Assembly: GCA_040769985.1 (NCBI GenBank)
Contig: JAXGJZ010000005.1
Coordinates: 51,426 to 115,425, forward strand
Reading direction: 5' to 3'
Length of the DNA: 64,000 nt
From: Desulfobacterales bacterium
GTDB lineage: Bacteria; Desulfobacterota; Desulfobacteria; Desulfobacterales; JAHDSC01
Shown here: piece after piece, positions 40,826 to 50,080 of the stretch
Numbering within the stretch: position 1 is the first letter of the stretch
Layout of the letters: every line of letters starts with the position of its first letter
Program-made: the position numbers and the translations under genes
The notes under the pieces: generated by a model
Seen by the model: the letters and a program-made list of their open reading frames with translations, nothing else
Database searches by the model: none
Told to the model about the DNA's origin: nothing

Positions 40826-41065
40826 TTAGGACTCAACCTTCAGACGGTCAGCGAGCCATTGACAAAATGACGGGGTCAAATAAGCGATTTTCCGGCCCGA
40901 TCTGATTCGGCCGCCCGGTCCCTTTTTTTGGCTGTCAAGGTTCGCCAAATACTTCGGACTAAGAAGCCCTCCGGTGACGCGTTCAGCTTCTTTTCGGCTA
41001 ATACAGAACGGAAAAGTTTTTTGAATTGATTCTAAGATACTGGAATAATTGATGTTTTGTGACAT
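40826..41065 (-). CDS. Small HTH DNA-binding protein (AlpA/excisionase-like)
   Basis: 79 aa from the ATG at 41065 (GGGAGG 7 nt upstream). ISRKEAERVTGGLLSPKYLANLDS...GRKIAYLTPSFCQWL resembles excisionase-family HTH. Its position between int and the primase is typical. Confidence 0.45.
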   Translation of the reverse strand: MSQNINYSSILESIQKTFPFCISRKEAERVTGGLLSPKYLANLDSQKKGPGGRIRSGRKIAYLTPSFCQWLADRLKVES

Positions 41066-41149
41066 GATATTACCTCCCAAATGTTATTTAACCACTTTTG
41101 GGAAGCAATATAACGTATGGTAATCCCGGCTAATGGATAGCCGGGATTT

Positions 41150-41788
41150 TTATTTTGCAGATTTTTTGATTTTTTTCTTCAATGTGGTATATCTGGTTTG
41201 GAAGGATTTAAATGAAGTGGCTCGTTCCTTGCCGCTTTTTGTTTTCCAATAAATTGTCCATTGTCGTGTATCGCCTGATCCGTCGTCGATTTCCTGAACG
41301 ATATCGTTTTCTGATAGTTCGGTCCACAGCTCTTTTGCCGAAGGGTGTCGGCCATGTTCGGAAAAGTACTTCCGCCAAAGTGAAAGCATCTCTTCGCTTA
41401 ATGCGTCCAAGCGCTCGCGTTTCGGCGCTTCGATGAAGGGCTTCACTCGTAGATAGGAATTCCAACCTACAAGGTTAAGCCAATCACTGTAAGCGTTTTC
41501 AAAAGCGGAAATATGTTCCTGAAAAAGCGTGCTGTTTTCTTTGAGTATTGAAAGAACATCTTCCGCCGATAACAAGAATTTCAAAGTCGCTTCGGTCCCG
41601 CTGTGGCCTTTTCCGTTTGTCCTTTGATATTCGCATTCAAGATATTGTTCTATCGGCTGGATTATTTCCCTCTCGATGGTCTGATTCAAACAGGTACGCC
41701 GGTCTTTAGGTGGGATCTCGATAAGCTCGTTAAGGATGGATAACAGATTTTCAAATTCTCCGGGGTCAAGCAGATGGTCAAGATTCAT
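41150..41788 (-). CDS. Island orphan protein, 212 aa
   Basis: ORF 41150..41884. The plausible start is MNLDHLLDPGEF at 41788. Acidic/helical. No recognisable motif. Confidence 0.5.
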   Translation of the reverse strand: MNLDHLLDPGEFENLLSILNELIEIPPKDRRTCLNQTIEREIIQPIEQYLECEYQRTNGKGHSGTEATLKFLLSAEDVLSILKENSTLFQEHISAFENAYSDWLNLVGWNSYLRVKPFIEAPKRERLDALSEEMLSLWRKYFSEHGRHPSAKELWTELSENDIVQEIDDGSGDTRQWTIYWKTKSGKERATSFKSFQTRYTTLKKKIKKSAK

Positions 41789-41895
41789 AATTTGCGCGTC
41801 CCTCTTCGCGTCCCTTCGTTTGGTGGTGTGTGCCTTGCCGGTCGGGTGAAGGTGTCCCGATTTTCCGCCCGTCGGCGTAGGCAAGGCAAGTGTAG

Positions 41896-43116
41896 TTATT
41901 TTATACTTAGAATTTTATTTTGCTCATTTTTTGATTTATTGATTTTTTCCTGCAACCCATTGACGGCATTTTGTAATGTCGATTCGCTCAAGTGACTGTA
42001 TCTTTCGGTCTGGCTCAACGTCCGATGTCCAAGAAGCTCTTTGACGGCATAAAGGCTGACTCCGCTTTCCACCAGCCACGAAGCGTATGAATGCCGAAGA
42101 GCATGAAAGACAACCCTTTGCCTTTTGTCGGCAATTCCGGCATTGAGTTTCAGGTCCTTGACAGTTCGTTGAAAGACGTTTGATATCCGTTCTATTTTTT
42201 TCCCATGCCGATCTGGAAAAACAAATTCATGTTTTTTCCCGTGATCCATTTCTTGGAGCATGGTTTTCAAGTCGCCGGTCATGTACGCCGTCCGGGTCCT
42301 GCTGTTCTTGGTATCTCGGAGTGTCAAAAGGCCTCGATCGATATCAACATCGCCCCAGGTCAAAGCGAAAATTTCACCCGCTCTTAAGCCGGAATGAAGG
42401 CTTAGAAGCGCCATTCGGTAAGTCTGAAGGCTTCGGCTTTTCAAGCTTTCAAGCAGCTTGTCGGCTTCTTCGTGTGTCAGGAACCTTAAGCGCCTGTTGT
42501 CCACCTTGGGGAGTCGAACCCTCCTTGTCGGTGGTTCGGTATTGACCAGGCCGTCCCGGCGCGCCAAATTCCAAACTTGGCGGATAATGGCTGTTATGTA
42601 TTCAATTGTACGTGCGGATCGTCCAGCGTCCAGCAAATTCTTTTTGATCTGCTCGATGTTAAAAGGCGACACCTTCCCAAGTGGGATATCGCCAATAACG
42701 GGCTCGATCCACCTGGTGTAATAAATTTCCTCCGCTTTACAGGTTGAGGCTTTTTTCGATAATTTTGATATCGGAAAATAGGTTTCCAGCCAAAACCGCT
42801 GGAAAGTGACATTGCGCTGTTTATCTTGTCTGGCCTCTTCGTCTTCGGCTTTTTTAATTTCTCTTTTTTCCGCCAAAGTTTGGGGACCGTCACCGACCTT
42901 CCGGTTCTCTTTCAATTCCCTTGCCCTGTCGTAAGCCTTCGCCGCCGTCCAGCCCTCCGAAGACCAACCCAGGCCTTCTTCCTTATCTTTCAGCTTGTCG
43001 CCTTCCCGGACCTTGTATCGAATGGTGAAATATCGATCCTTTTGGATCCCATTTTTCCGGGTCGGGTGTTCCCGATATCTTACACCTGGAAAATTTGTCC
43101 TGGTCCATTTTGCCAT
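41896..43116 (-). CDS. int: Tyrosine recombinase / phage integrase
   Basis: ORF 41896..43149. Start MAKWTRTNFPGVRYREHPTRK at 43116, behind AAGGAA. Catalytic signature LRAGEI...HALRHSYASWLV...LLGHRTLSQTERYSHL (R, HxxR, H, Y). Confidence 0.93.
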   Translation of the reverse strand: MAKWTRTNFPGVRYREHPTRKNGIQKDRYFTIRYKVREGDKLKDKEEGLGWSSEGWTAAKAYDRARELKENRKVGDGPQTLAEKREIKKAEDEEARQDKQRNVTFQRFWLETYFPISKLSKKASTCKAEEIYYTRWIEPVIGDIPLGKVSPFNIEQIKKNLLDAGRSARTIEYITAIIRQVWNLARRDGLVNTEPPTRRVRLPKVDNRRLRFLTHEEADKLLESLKSRSLQTYRMALLSLHSGLRAGEIFALTWGDVDIDRGLLTLRDTKNSRTRTAYMTGDLKTMLQEMDHGKKHEFVFPDRHGKKIERISNVFQRTVKDLKLNAGIADKRQRVVFHALRHSYASWLVESGVSLYAVKELLGHRTLSQTERYSHLSESTLQNAVNGLQEKINKSKNEQNKILSIK

Positions 43117-43149
43117 GATCTTTTTCCTTTTGATTTCGTTCGGTGTCAT

Positions 43150-43176
43150 TTCCAGTCCCGCTATAGTCCCGCTTTT
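43150..43176 (+). repeat. 27-bp direct repeat, right copy (candidate arm-type site / int operator)
   Basis: Identical 27-mer, 34-60 nt upstream of the probable int start (43116) and 116 nt from the attR core. Confidence 0.6.
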
Positions 43177-43292
43177 TTGTCTGAAACAGGGTGTTTTTAA
43201 ATGATGTCTTGTGAAGGTAATATATATCTAACTTATGGAAATGTCAAGTGTTTTGTGTGCTTGTGGGATAGTATGTGAAAGTGCCGAATACA

Positions 43293-43339
43293 GATTCCTA
43301 ATCCATGTGCCGCAGGTCCGATTCCTGCCGGGGGCACCA
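43293..43339 (+). repeat. attR core (47-bp direct repeat, orphan 3' tRNA-Arg fragment)
   Basis: Same 47 nt as attL. The sequence upstream of it does not match the tRNA 5' half. Confidence 0.92.
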
Positions 43340-43674
43340 GCCCAATCATTCTGTGTCGATCCTATTTTTGCTTCCATTCGCTTCAAAAATCGCATTCTAA
43401 AGCCTGCAATCCGCCTCCTATCTAAACGGTTTCATGAGATGTGGGGGTATATATATTTTGAGTTGGTCATGTGATCGGGGAATCGTTCTTGAAGCGCTGA
43501 AATCAAAGAACTCCCCGCCTGCTGATCTGTTTAAGGGTTGCGGACGGTCTAAAATACCCAAGCTCTCTATCTTGTCTTCAGCCGGATTGTTTTTTTCCAT
43601 AAGTCATCCATGGGTTTTCGGTATTGAGCCTCGTCCTGCCCCTGCATTTCGACTTGAGCTTCTATTCTCAGTCA

Positions 43675-45138
43675 TTACGAACGACGGCTTCCCTTTCCGA
43701 TTTGGATTATTTTGAGCGAATCCGTTCCATTCATTTTGTTTCTCGATTCGCATTCCACAAGAATCACGCGCTCATCTCTTTCCAACAATCCTGAATCATC
43801 CATGAATTTAATAAGCTGATCAACCGAAAGATGATTTATATTGTTTTCCATGCAAACCGGGTAAACCCCGCACGACAGTGTCAGGGACTGATTTGCTTTT
43901 TTGTCGCCGCCAAAAGAAAGTATCCAGCAATCGGGTTTAAACCGGGAGATCAGTCTCGGACCACCCCTTCTTTTCGTGCGAGTCAGTATATAGCGTACTT
44001 TTAAGGCTCGGGCGGCTTCAACGGCATTCATGGAAACGATATCCTGAGTGGTTATACTGCTTGGGGTCCGATGCGCTTTGAAGTATGCAGGCAAATCGGA
44101 TAATGCTCTTATCGCACCTCTTTCACGCTCGGCAGAGGCTGCAATTTTAGCCATCATCTCAACCGCTTCGACAGGATACCGCCCTATGGCCGTCTCTTCG
44201 GATAACATCAACGCATCCGTGCCATCCAGAATCGCATTCGCCACATCGGAAACCTCGGCACGGGTCGGTCGAATGTTTTCCGTCATGGATACCAGCATTT
44301 GTGTAGCGGTTATCACCGGACGACCTAAAAGATTTGCCTTGTGGATAAGTTTTTTCTGAACCACCGGCACCTCTTCCAAAGGGATCTGCACTCCCAGGTC
44401 ACCTCGGGCGATCATGACAGCATCCGCCTCAGCCAGTATCCCATCAAAATCTCTTACGGCCTCCTCTCGTTCAATTTTAGCCACCACATAAACGGGTTTT
44501 TTTCTTTTTTCTGCAAACTCCCTCACTTTGATTATGTCATCCGCTGTTTCTGCAAATGAAACGCCCAAGGCATCGATCCCCTCCCGTAATGCAAAATCAA
44601 CATACTCGAGGTCCGAATCCGAAACCGCATCGGCAAAAATTCTTACTCCTGGAAGACTGAGACCTTTATAGGAAAGAAGTGGACCGCTGATAAGTGTGCG
44701 ACAGAAAACCTCATCTCCCGATATCCTCTCTACCTCGAGCTGTATAAATCCGTCATTGAGAAAGATACGGCTTCCCGGGCTTACGCTTTCAGACAATCTG
44801 CCGTAGTCAACCGGTATGTGGTTCGATGTGCCGAGAATGTCTCTGGTGGTCAAGACTACCTGATCCCCCTTTTCAAATGCAATCGGTTCACTCCGGAGTT
44901 TACCGATGCGTATCTTGGGACCGGGAAGGTCCGCCATGATCATGCAATGGCGCTGAATCTTAGCAGCCACCGTGCGTATCCGTCGGATATCCTCCTTATG
45001 TCCCTGCAAAGTTCCATGGGCAAAATTCAGCCGTGCCACATTCATTCCCTGTAGAATAAGCCGTTCCAAAACAGCCTCTGAGCGGGAGGCCGGGCCTATG
45101 GTGCAGACAATCTTGGTTTTATGAGTCGGCAACTTCAC
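43675..45138 (-). CDS. pyk: Pyruvate kinase
   Basis: ORF 43675..45225. KTKIVCTIGPAS start region. GTG at 45138 is preceded by GGAGGA (6-nt spacer), giving 487 aa. MVARGDLG-like IARGDLGVQIP motif. Confidence 0.93.
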   Translation of the reverse strand: MKLPTHKTKIVCTIGPASRSEAVLERLILQGMNVARLNFAHGTLQGHKEDIRRIRTVAAKIQRHCMIMADLPGPKIRIGKLRSEPIAFEKGDQVVLTTRDILGTSNHIPVDYGRLSESVSPGSRIFLNDGFIQLEVERISGDEVFCRTLISGPLLSYKGLSLPGVRIFADAVSDSDLEYVDFALREGIDALGVSFAETADDIIKVREFAEKRKKPVYVVAKIEREEAVRDFDGILAEADAVMIARGDLGVQIPLEEVPVVQKKLIHKANLLGRPVITATQMLVSMTENIRPTRAEVSDVANAILDGTDALMLSEETAIGRYPVEAVEMMAKIAASAERERGAIRALSDLPAYFKAHRTPSSITTQDIVSMNAVEAARALKVRYILTRTKRRGGPRLISRFKPDCWILSFGGDKKANQSLTLSCGVYPVCMENNINHLSVDQLIKFMDDSGLLERDERVILVECESRNKMNGTDSLKIIQIGKGSRRS

Positions 45139-45619
45139 GGCAAATCCTCCTTGCTTCCGTCTCTTCGGTTTGAACCTTTTGAACAGCTCGGAAAGCAGGA
45201 GAGGGGTAGGCTTCCTGCCGTCCAAGGTATCGGCAAGATGTGGGAATCTCTATGGTTATGAACCGTAAACGGATTCGAACCGGGGTAAAATTTTTTTGAT
45301 AACCGCCTTGAGTGAAAAAACCAAGGCTAACCCTTCTGATCCCGGCGTCATGAGCAGCGGGGGCCCCGCAACACCGGACCGCATGGACGCCCGTGGTATA
45401 GGAAACGGCTTGGGCCCCGACCTTGCTGACGATCGGTACAGCCTGCGACATTTTCCGATACCATCAAAGCACCTGCGACGCCGAGCGAAATGACCAGCAA
45501 CCACCCGCTTTTTACAAGGATGGTCCTTTCTCGTTATTGCCGGGCATTTTCTTTTGCCCCTTTTTCCGGAAATATAGTTTGACTGTTCGGATCAACAGGG
45601 ATAGAGCGAACCATCCAAA

Positions 45620-46088
45620 TTAAAAGTTTAAAGGGATGCCCGCATAAAGGCCACGAAAACCCAGAGTCATGAGGAGGAGAAGCAGAGCCGCAGAACCCGT
45701 GATCTTGGCCTCCACATGACCGATTCGCCGGTGCTCGGTCAAGGCCGCCCCCACGGTGTATAGCCGACTCGTATCGTCCCTGTTCCGGCACGGCCCATAC
45801 TCCCTGCATGTATTCTCCCGTCACGCAACGCCGTCCGCGACGGCTATCTTTGCAAGCATCATGGGGCCGTTCCATTCAAAAACCCTGACTCCCGCCTCAA
45901 GCAAAGGCTCGGTACCCGGACCTTGATATCGCCCGCAGGACAGGGATCTCCGTTAATCCAGGAACCAGCATACCGTTCTCTCTGACGAGAGGTGCGCCCG
46001 CGGCCCTGGAAAAAACCTGTTCCGCCGGATTACGACTCGGCGGCAATGCTGAAGATTGAAAATTCAAAGACGAGTAACCACGCATCAT
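45620..46088 (-). pseudogene. Possible remnant of a phospholipase-D/cardiolipin-synthase-family gene (frame-disrupted, GC-rich)
   Basis: Hand translation gives ..[31 protein letters not shown]-.., resembling the LLeaGV.iyey...mlHaK..vvDg region of the second HKD motif with His lost. There is a frame change relative to the upstream 63-aa ORF and an in-frame stop. No intact ORF is present. Confidence 0.25.
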
Positions 46089-46298
46089 CCTAAATTACCC
46101 GTTTTCTTCTTTTCCGTTTATCCTTGTCGGCAATTATCCAACCATCGTCCAAAATCGGTTTTCAACGGTGGTGATTCAATGAAGATTTGAAAAAAAGTCC
46201 TTACGGTCGAAGATCTCCCACAGCTTGCCGCGGGATTCTTCAATTTTATATATTTTTTAATATGTCATTTCAATATGATAGATATTCAGAGTATCCGC

Positions 46299-48089
46299 CT
46301 AAGATGGTTGAAACGGAAAGAACCATGCAATCAGCGGAACAGCCACAAGCACAACCACAATGGACAAGGGCAAGCCCAGACGCCAGTAATCGCCGAACTT
46401 GTAGCCGCCGGGAGCCATCACCAGAGCGTTGGACTGATGACCGATAGGCGTTAAAAACGCACAGGAAGCGCCAATGGCCACGGCCATCAACAACGGATCG
46501 ACCGAAACCCCCATGCCGTGGGCCAAACTGATCGCAATAGGCGCCATCAGCACCGCGGCGGCGGCGTTGTTGACGACGTTGGAAAGCAGCATGGTGCCGA
46601 CCATGAGTACCGTCAGCGTAACCAAGGGTGTAAATCTTTCGGACAGCAGCATCATATTGTCGGCGATCAACTGTGCGCCGCCGGTAGTCTCTAAAGCGTG
46701 ACCTATCGGAAACATGGCGCCGAGAAGCACAATGATTGGCCAATCGATGCTTTCATAAATTTCCTTCATAGAAATCAGTTTGGCCAGCACCATAATAATG
46801 ACCGCGGCTGAAAAAGCGATCTGGACCGGTAGAATGTTGAGTGCCGCCGTTGTCATGGCTGCGGCAAAAATCGACACCGCCATCACAATTTTCTTCGGCT
46901 TGACAAACCGGATACCGCGTTCGGCCAGCGGCAGGCACCCCAAAGTCGCCAGAGCCTCCTTGATCGCATCCTCTTTGCCCTGCAGCAGAAGAATGTCTCC
47001 CACAGCAAATCGAATTTTGCCCAACCGGGATTTGAGTCTTTGTCCCAGACGCGCCACGGCGAGCAAATTGACACCGAAATTACTGCGCAGCCTCATGCCG
47101 ATGGCCGTTTGCCCGGGCAGGATCGAGTGAGGTGTGACAACCGCTTCAATAATTCGGATATCGTCCGATTCCAGAGCATCCATGTGCTTCTCTTGGTTTG
47201 CGGCAAGCTCCAACCCCAGTCCATCAACAAGCGCTTTTAAATCTTCGGAATCGGCTTCGACCAGAAGGATGTCGCCGGCTTGTATGACATCATACCAAGA
47301 AGGCGCCGGGATATGACGATCACCGCGAACCAGCCCCACTACCACCGCATCCATGTCTTTGGCCATCTCCGAAGTCAGTTGGTACAGTGTTTGTCCGACG
47401 ATTTTGGCATTCTCTGGAACAACCACCTCTGCGATATAATCTTCAATCTTAAACAGCTCACCGGATTCAGCGCCGGCTTCGCGATGGGGCGTCAGCCGCC
47501 AGCCGATCAGTGCGATGAAAATCACCCCGACAACGGCTACACCGGCACCCACCGGAGTAAATTGGAACATGCCGAACGGGGCCGCGCCCGCCTGAGTGCG
47601 ATAGGCGGCGATAATGATGTTGGGCGGCGTACCGATCAGAGTGATCAGCCCGCCGATCAACGAGCCGAAAGCCAACGGCATGAGCAGCAGGGAGGGTGAT
47701 CGACCGCTCTGGCGGGAAATCCAAATCGCCACGGGCATTAGGAGCGCCAATGCGCCGACGTTATTCATGAAAGCGGAGCACAAGGCTACGATACCGGTCA
47801 AAGTGGCAACCTGCACCGTCAAACGAGACCCAACTTTGGCCAGGTAGCGCGACAGGGCGTCCACCACTCCGGCATTGAGCAGTCCGCGAGTGATAACCAA
47901 GACATCGGCGACCGTTATGACCGCTGGATGTCCGAAACCCAAGAAAACCTCACCGGCGGGCACCAATCCAGCCAGAAAAACCATCAGTAAAGCTGCCAGG
48001 GATACGATATCGTACCGCCAGCGCCCCCACACGAACAGGGTAAGGGAAACCAAGAGAATCGTAAAAACCGCGCCTTGATCAACCGTCAT
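46299..48089 (-). CDS. SLC13/DASS-type anion permease with central tandem TrkA-C (RCK_C) domains
   Basis: 596 aa. N- and C-terminal polytopic halves flank two soluble repeats (IAEVVVPENAKIVGQTL.., IIEAVVTPHSILPGQT..). Confidence 0.85.
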   Translation of the reverse strand: MTVDQGAVFTILLVSLTLFVWGRWRYDIVSLAALLMVFLAGLVPAGEVFLGFGHPAVITVADVLVITRGLLNAGVVDALSRYLAKVGSRLTVQVATLTGIVALCSAFMNNVGALALLMPVAIWISRQSGRSPSLLLMPLAFGSLIGGLITLIGTPPNIIIAAYRTQAGAAPFGMFQFTPVGAGVAVVGVIFIALIGWRLTPHREAGAESGELFKIEDYIAEVVVPENAKIVGQTLYQLTSEMAKDMDAVVVGLVRGDRHIPAPSWYDVIQAGDILLVEADSEDLKALVDGLGLELAANQEKHMDALESDDIRIIEAVVTPHSILPGQTAIGMRLRSNFGVNLLAVARLGQRLKSRLGKIRFAVGDILLLQGKEDAIKEALATLGCLPLAERGIRFVKPKKIVMAVSIFAAAMTTAALNILPVQIAFSAAVIIMVLAKLISMKEIYESIDWPIIVLLGAMFPIGHALETTGGAQLIADNMMLLSERFTPLVTLTVLMVGTMLLSNVVNNAAAAVLMAPIAISLAHGMGVSVDPLLMAVAIGASCAFLTPIGHQSNALVMAPGGYKFGDYWRLGLPLSIVVVLVAVPLIAWFFPFQPS

Positions 48090-48683
48090 ATGAATTGTGC
48101 TCCTCTTACGGAACAGTGCCGGGGAGAAGGTTACGATTTTTGTTTCTGAAGCGTAATTTTGGCAGGAGCAGGTTAATTTGTCAAAATAAAACGAAAGGAT
48201 AGGATATGTGCGATATCACCACGGAAAAAATAGCCGGTCATCGATCCTGGTTGAAAAATAAACATTGGGGAATTCAAAAATCCGAGAAATGAGATGTTCA
48301 TGAAATTTTGAGTAGGTCCGCCCGGTATCCCTCAGGTGCCGTTTCCTAATGTTAACCCCGCTAATCAATAGACAAAATTTGAAAGTCGCCGTAATCGCTG
48401 AAGGATCAGAAAAATGTGAGGCTTTTGCTGTGGAACGACCATGATTTTAAGTCCACCTTTGCCTAGAACGAAACCGGGTTTGCCGGAGATCGATATGCCG
48501 TAATATTTTTTCGATGACTTATTTGTTCCTCAATGAAACGGATGGCTTACAGTCCCCGCATACCCGGTTGCTGAAATTGCAGTAACACCGGACCATCCAA
48601 GCCTGCCGGCAGGCGGCAGACAGATTGTTTCCTGATCCACGCGCCGCGGGTTTGATTCCAACAGGAGCACCGGTTCGTTCTAA

Positions 48684-50057
48684 TCAGACCTGATTCTCAA
48701 CGTCCGAACGGATTTCGGACACCTTGATTCCGAACTTTTTAATTTTATAATGAATGGCCCTGCGGCTGATCCCGAGCAGCTTTGCGGCATCCTTTTGTAT
48801 GCCTCCGGTCTGCTTTAAGGCGCGCAGAATCGTGTTGCGTTCGCTTTCTTCCAAGGAAAACGGATTCACCGGGGATACGGCCTTTGAAGGGGCTGCCGGA
48901 AGACCCGTAAGATGGAGGGCGCTGGGGTCCAGGGCGCCGTTTTTGCATAGAACAATCCCGGCTTCCAAAGCATTCTTAAGTTCCCGAACGTTGCCCGGCC
49001 AAGGGTAATTGCAAATCCATTCAATGGTTTCCGGCAACAGGCTGACGGAGGGAATCTTCTGACTCATGCAAAACCCTTCCACAAACTCCTGTGCCAAAAG
49101 CGGAATATCTTCCTTTCGTTCTCGAAGCGGCGGAATTTTCAGTGTGACCACCCGCAGCCGGTAGTAAAGATCCTCGCGGAAATTGCCGGCTTCTATACCT
49201 TCAAGCAAATTGGAATTCGTAGCCGAAATGACCCTGCAGTCAACCGGTATTTCCTTAACATCTCCTATTTTTCTAATTTTCCGTTCCTCTAGAAACCGGA
49301 GAAGGCGGATTTGCATTTCATTAGAAATGTTGCCGATTTCATCCAGGAAAAGCGTGCCGCGATCCGCCGCCTCGATTAAACCCTTTTTATCGCGTATCGC
49401 GTGCGTAAACGAACCTCTTAAATGTCCAAAAAGTTCGCTTTCCAGCAGGCCGGTAGGTGTGGACCCGCAATTCACGGCGATAAAGGGAAAATCCCGACGC
49501 AATCCGCATTGATGGATCATTCGCGCCACCCGTTCTTTTCCCACCCCGCTTTCCCCGAGGATCAGGACGTTGACATTGCTGGCGGCCACTCTTCTGACAA
49601 GGTCATAAAGTTCTCTCATTACAGAACTTTTACCCTTGTAAAGCAGATCATCTTCTACGGAGGTATCATCCTGGACAACGCGTAACGATACACCGTCGAG
49701 AATCTCTCGGAGCTTGGTGAGCAAATCATGCCCGTGGAAAGGTTTGGCCAGGTAATCCACCGCGCCTGCCTTAACCGCACATACAGCCTCAGGTATGGTT
49801 CCATAAGCCGTCAGGAAAATTACGGGAAGTCCGGGACAGATCACTCGGGCTTCGGTAAATAGTTCCATACCGTTCATCCCCGGCATCTTCATATCCGAAA
49901 TCATCAGATCTACATGCTGCGATTTAAGGATTCCAAGCGCATTCATGGCATCCGCAGCCTTGTGCACCCTAAACCCGGCTGAAGAAAGCCTGGCTTCCAA
50001 AACCTCCAGGACATTCATATCATCATCGACTATAAGGAGGGATTGCTGAGAATTCAA
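48684..50057 (-). CDS. Sigma-54-dependent response regulator (NtrC family)
   Basis: Receiver (LLIVDDD..DLMISDMKMPGMNG). AAA+ (GESGVGKE, ESELFGH, RFLEERKIRKIGD). C-terminal Fis-type HTH. Confidence 0.93.
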   Translation of the reverse strand: MNSQQSLLIVDDDMNVLEVLEARLSSAGFRVHKAADAMNALGILKSQHVDLMISDMKMPGMNGMELFTEARVICPGLPVIFLTAYGTIPEAVCAVKAGAVDYLAKPFHGHDLLTKLREILDGVSLRVVQDDTSVEDDLLYKGKSSVMRELYDLVRRVAASNVNVLILGESGVGKERVARMIHQCGLRRDFPFIAVNCGSTPTGLLESELFGHLRGSFTHAIRDKKGLIEAADRGTLFLDEIGNISNEMQIRLLRFLEERKIRKIGDVKEIPVDCRVISATNSNLLEGIEAGNFREDLYYRLRVVTLKIPPLRERKEDIPLLAQEFVEGFCMSQKIPSVSLLPETIEWICNYPWPGNVRELKNALEAGIVLCKNGALDPSALHLTGLPAAPSKAVSPVNPFSLEESERNTILRALKQTGGIQKDAAKLLGISRRAIHYKIKKFGIKVSEIRSDVENQV

Positions 50058-50080
50058 AATACACTCCTTTTCACGACTTC

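Larger units (their letters stand above)
35232..43339. mobile_element. 8.1-kb integrative element in tRNA-Arg(CCT): phage-satellite-like (PICI/P4-style) island
   Basis: Perfect 47-bp direct repeats at both ends, corresponding to the tRNA 3' part including CCA. Integrase sits at the attR end. All 12 ORFs are on the minus strand. Contains int, AlpA-like HTH, Toprim primase, AAA+-like/wHTH and a P27-like small terminase. No terL and no recognisable capsid or tail genes. Confidence 0.85.

Noticed and set aside
45250-45300. ggattcgaacc motif (complement of the tRNA T-loop GGTTCGAATCC) upstream of pyk
   Set aside because: The flanking bases do not form a T-stem, acceptor arm or anticodon arm, so this is not a tRNA or tRNA fragment.
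45821-45823. In-frame TGA in the GC-rich region as a possible selenocysteine codon (..ADGVA-U-RENTC..)
   Set aside because: I could not fold a convincing SECIS-like stem-loop downstream. The reading frame also needs a frameshift upstream and lacks a start codon, and the HKD-like motif is degenerate. Pseudogene decay is the simpler reading.
48090-48683. Sigma-54 promoter for the transporter gene
   Set aside because: The only GG-N10/11-GC-like strings (about 48160 and about 48570) are on the wrong strand or have wrong spacing. No promoter is called.
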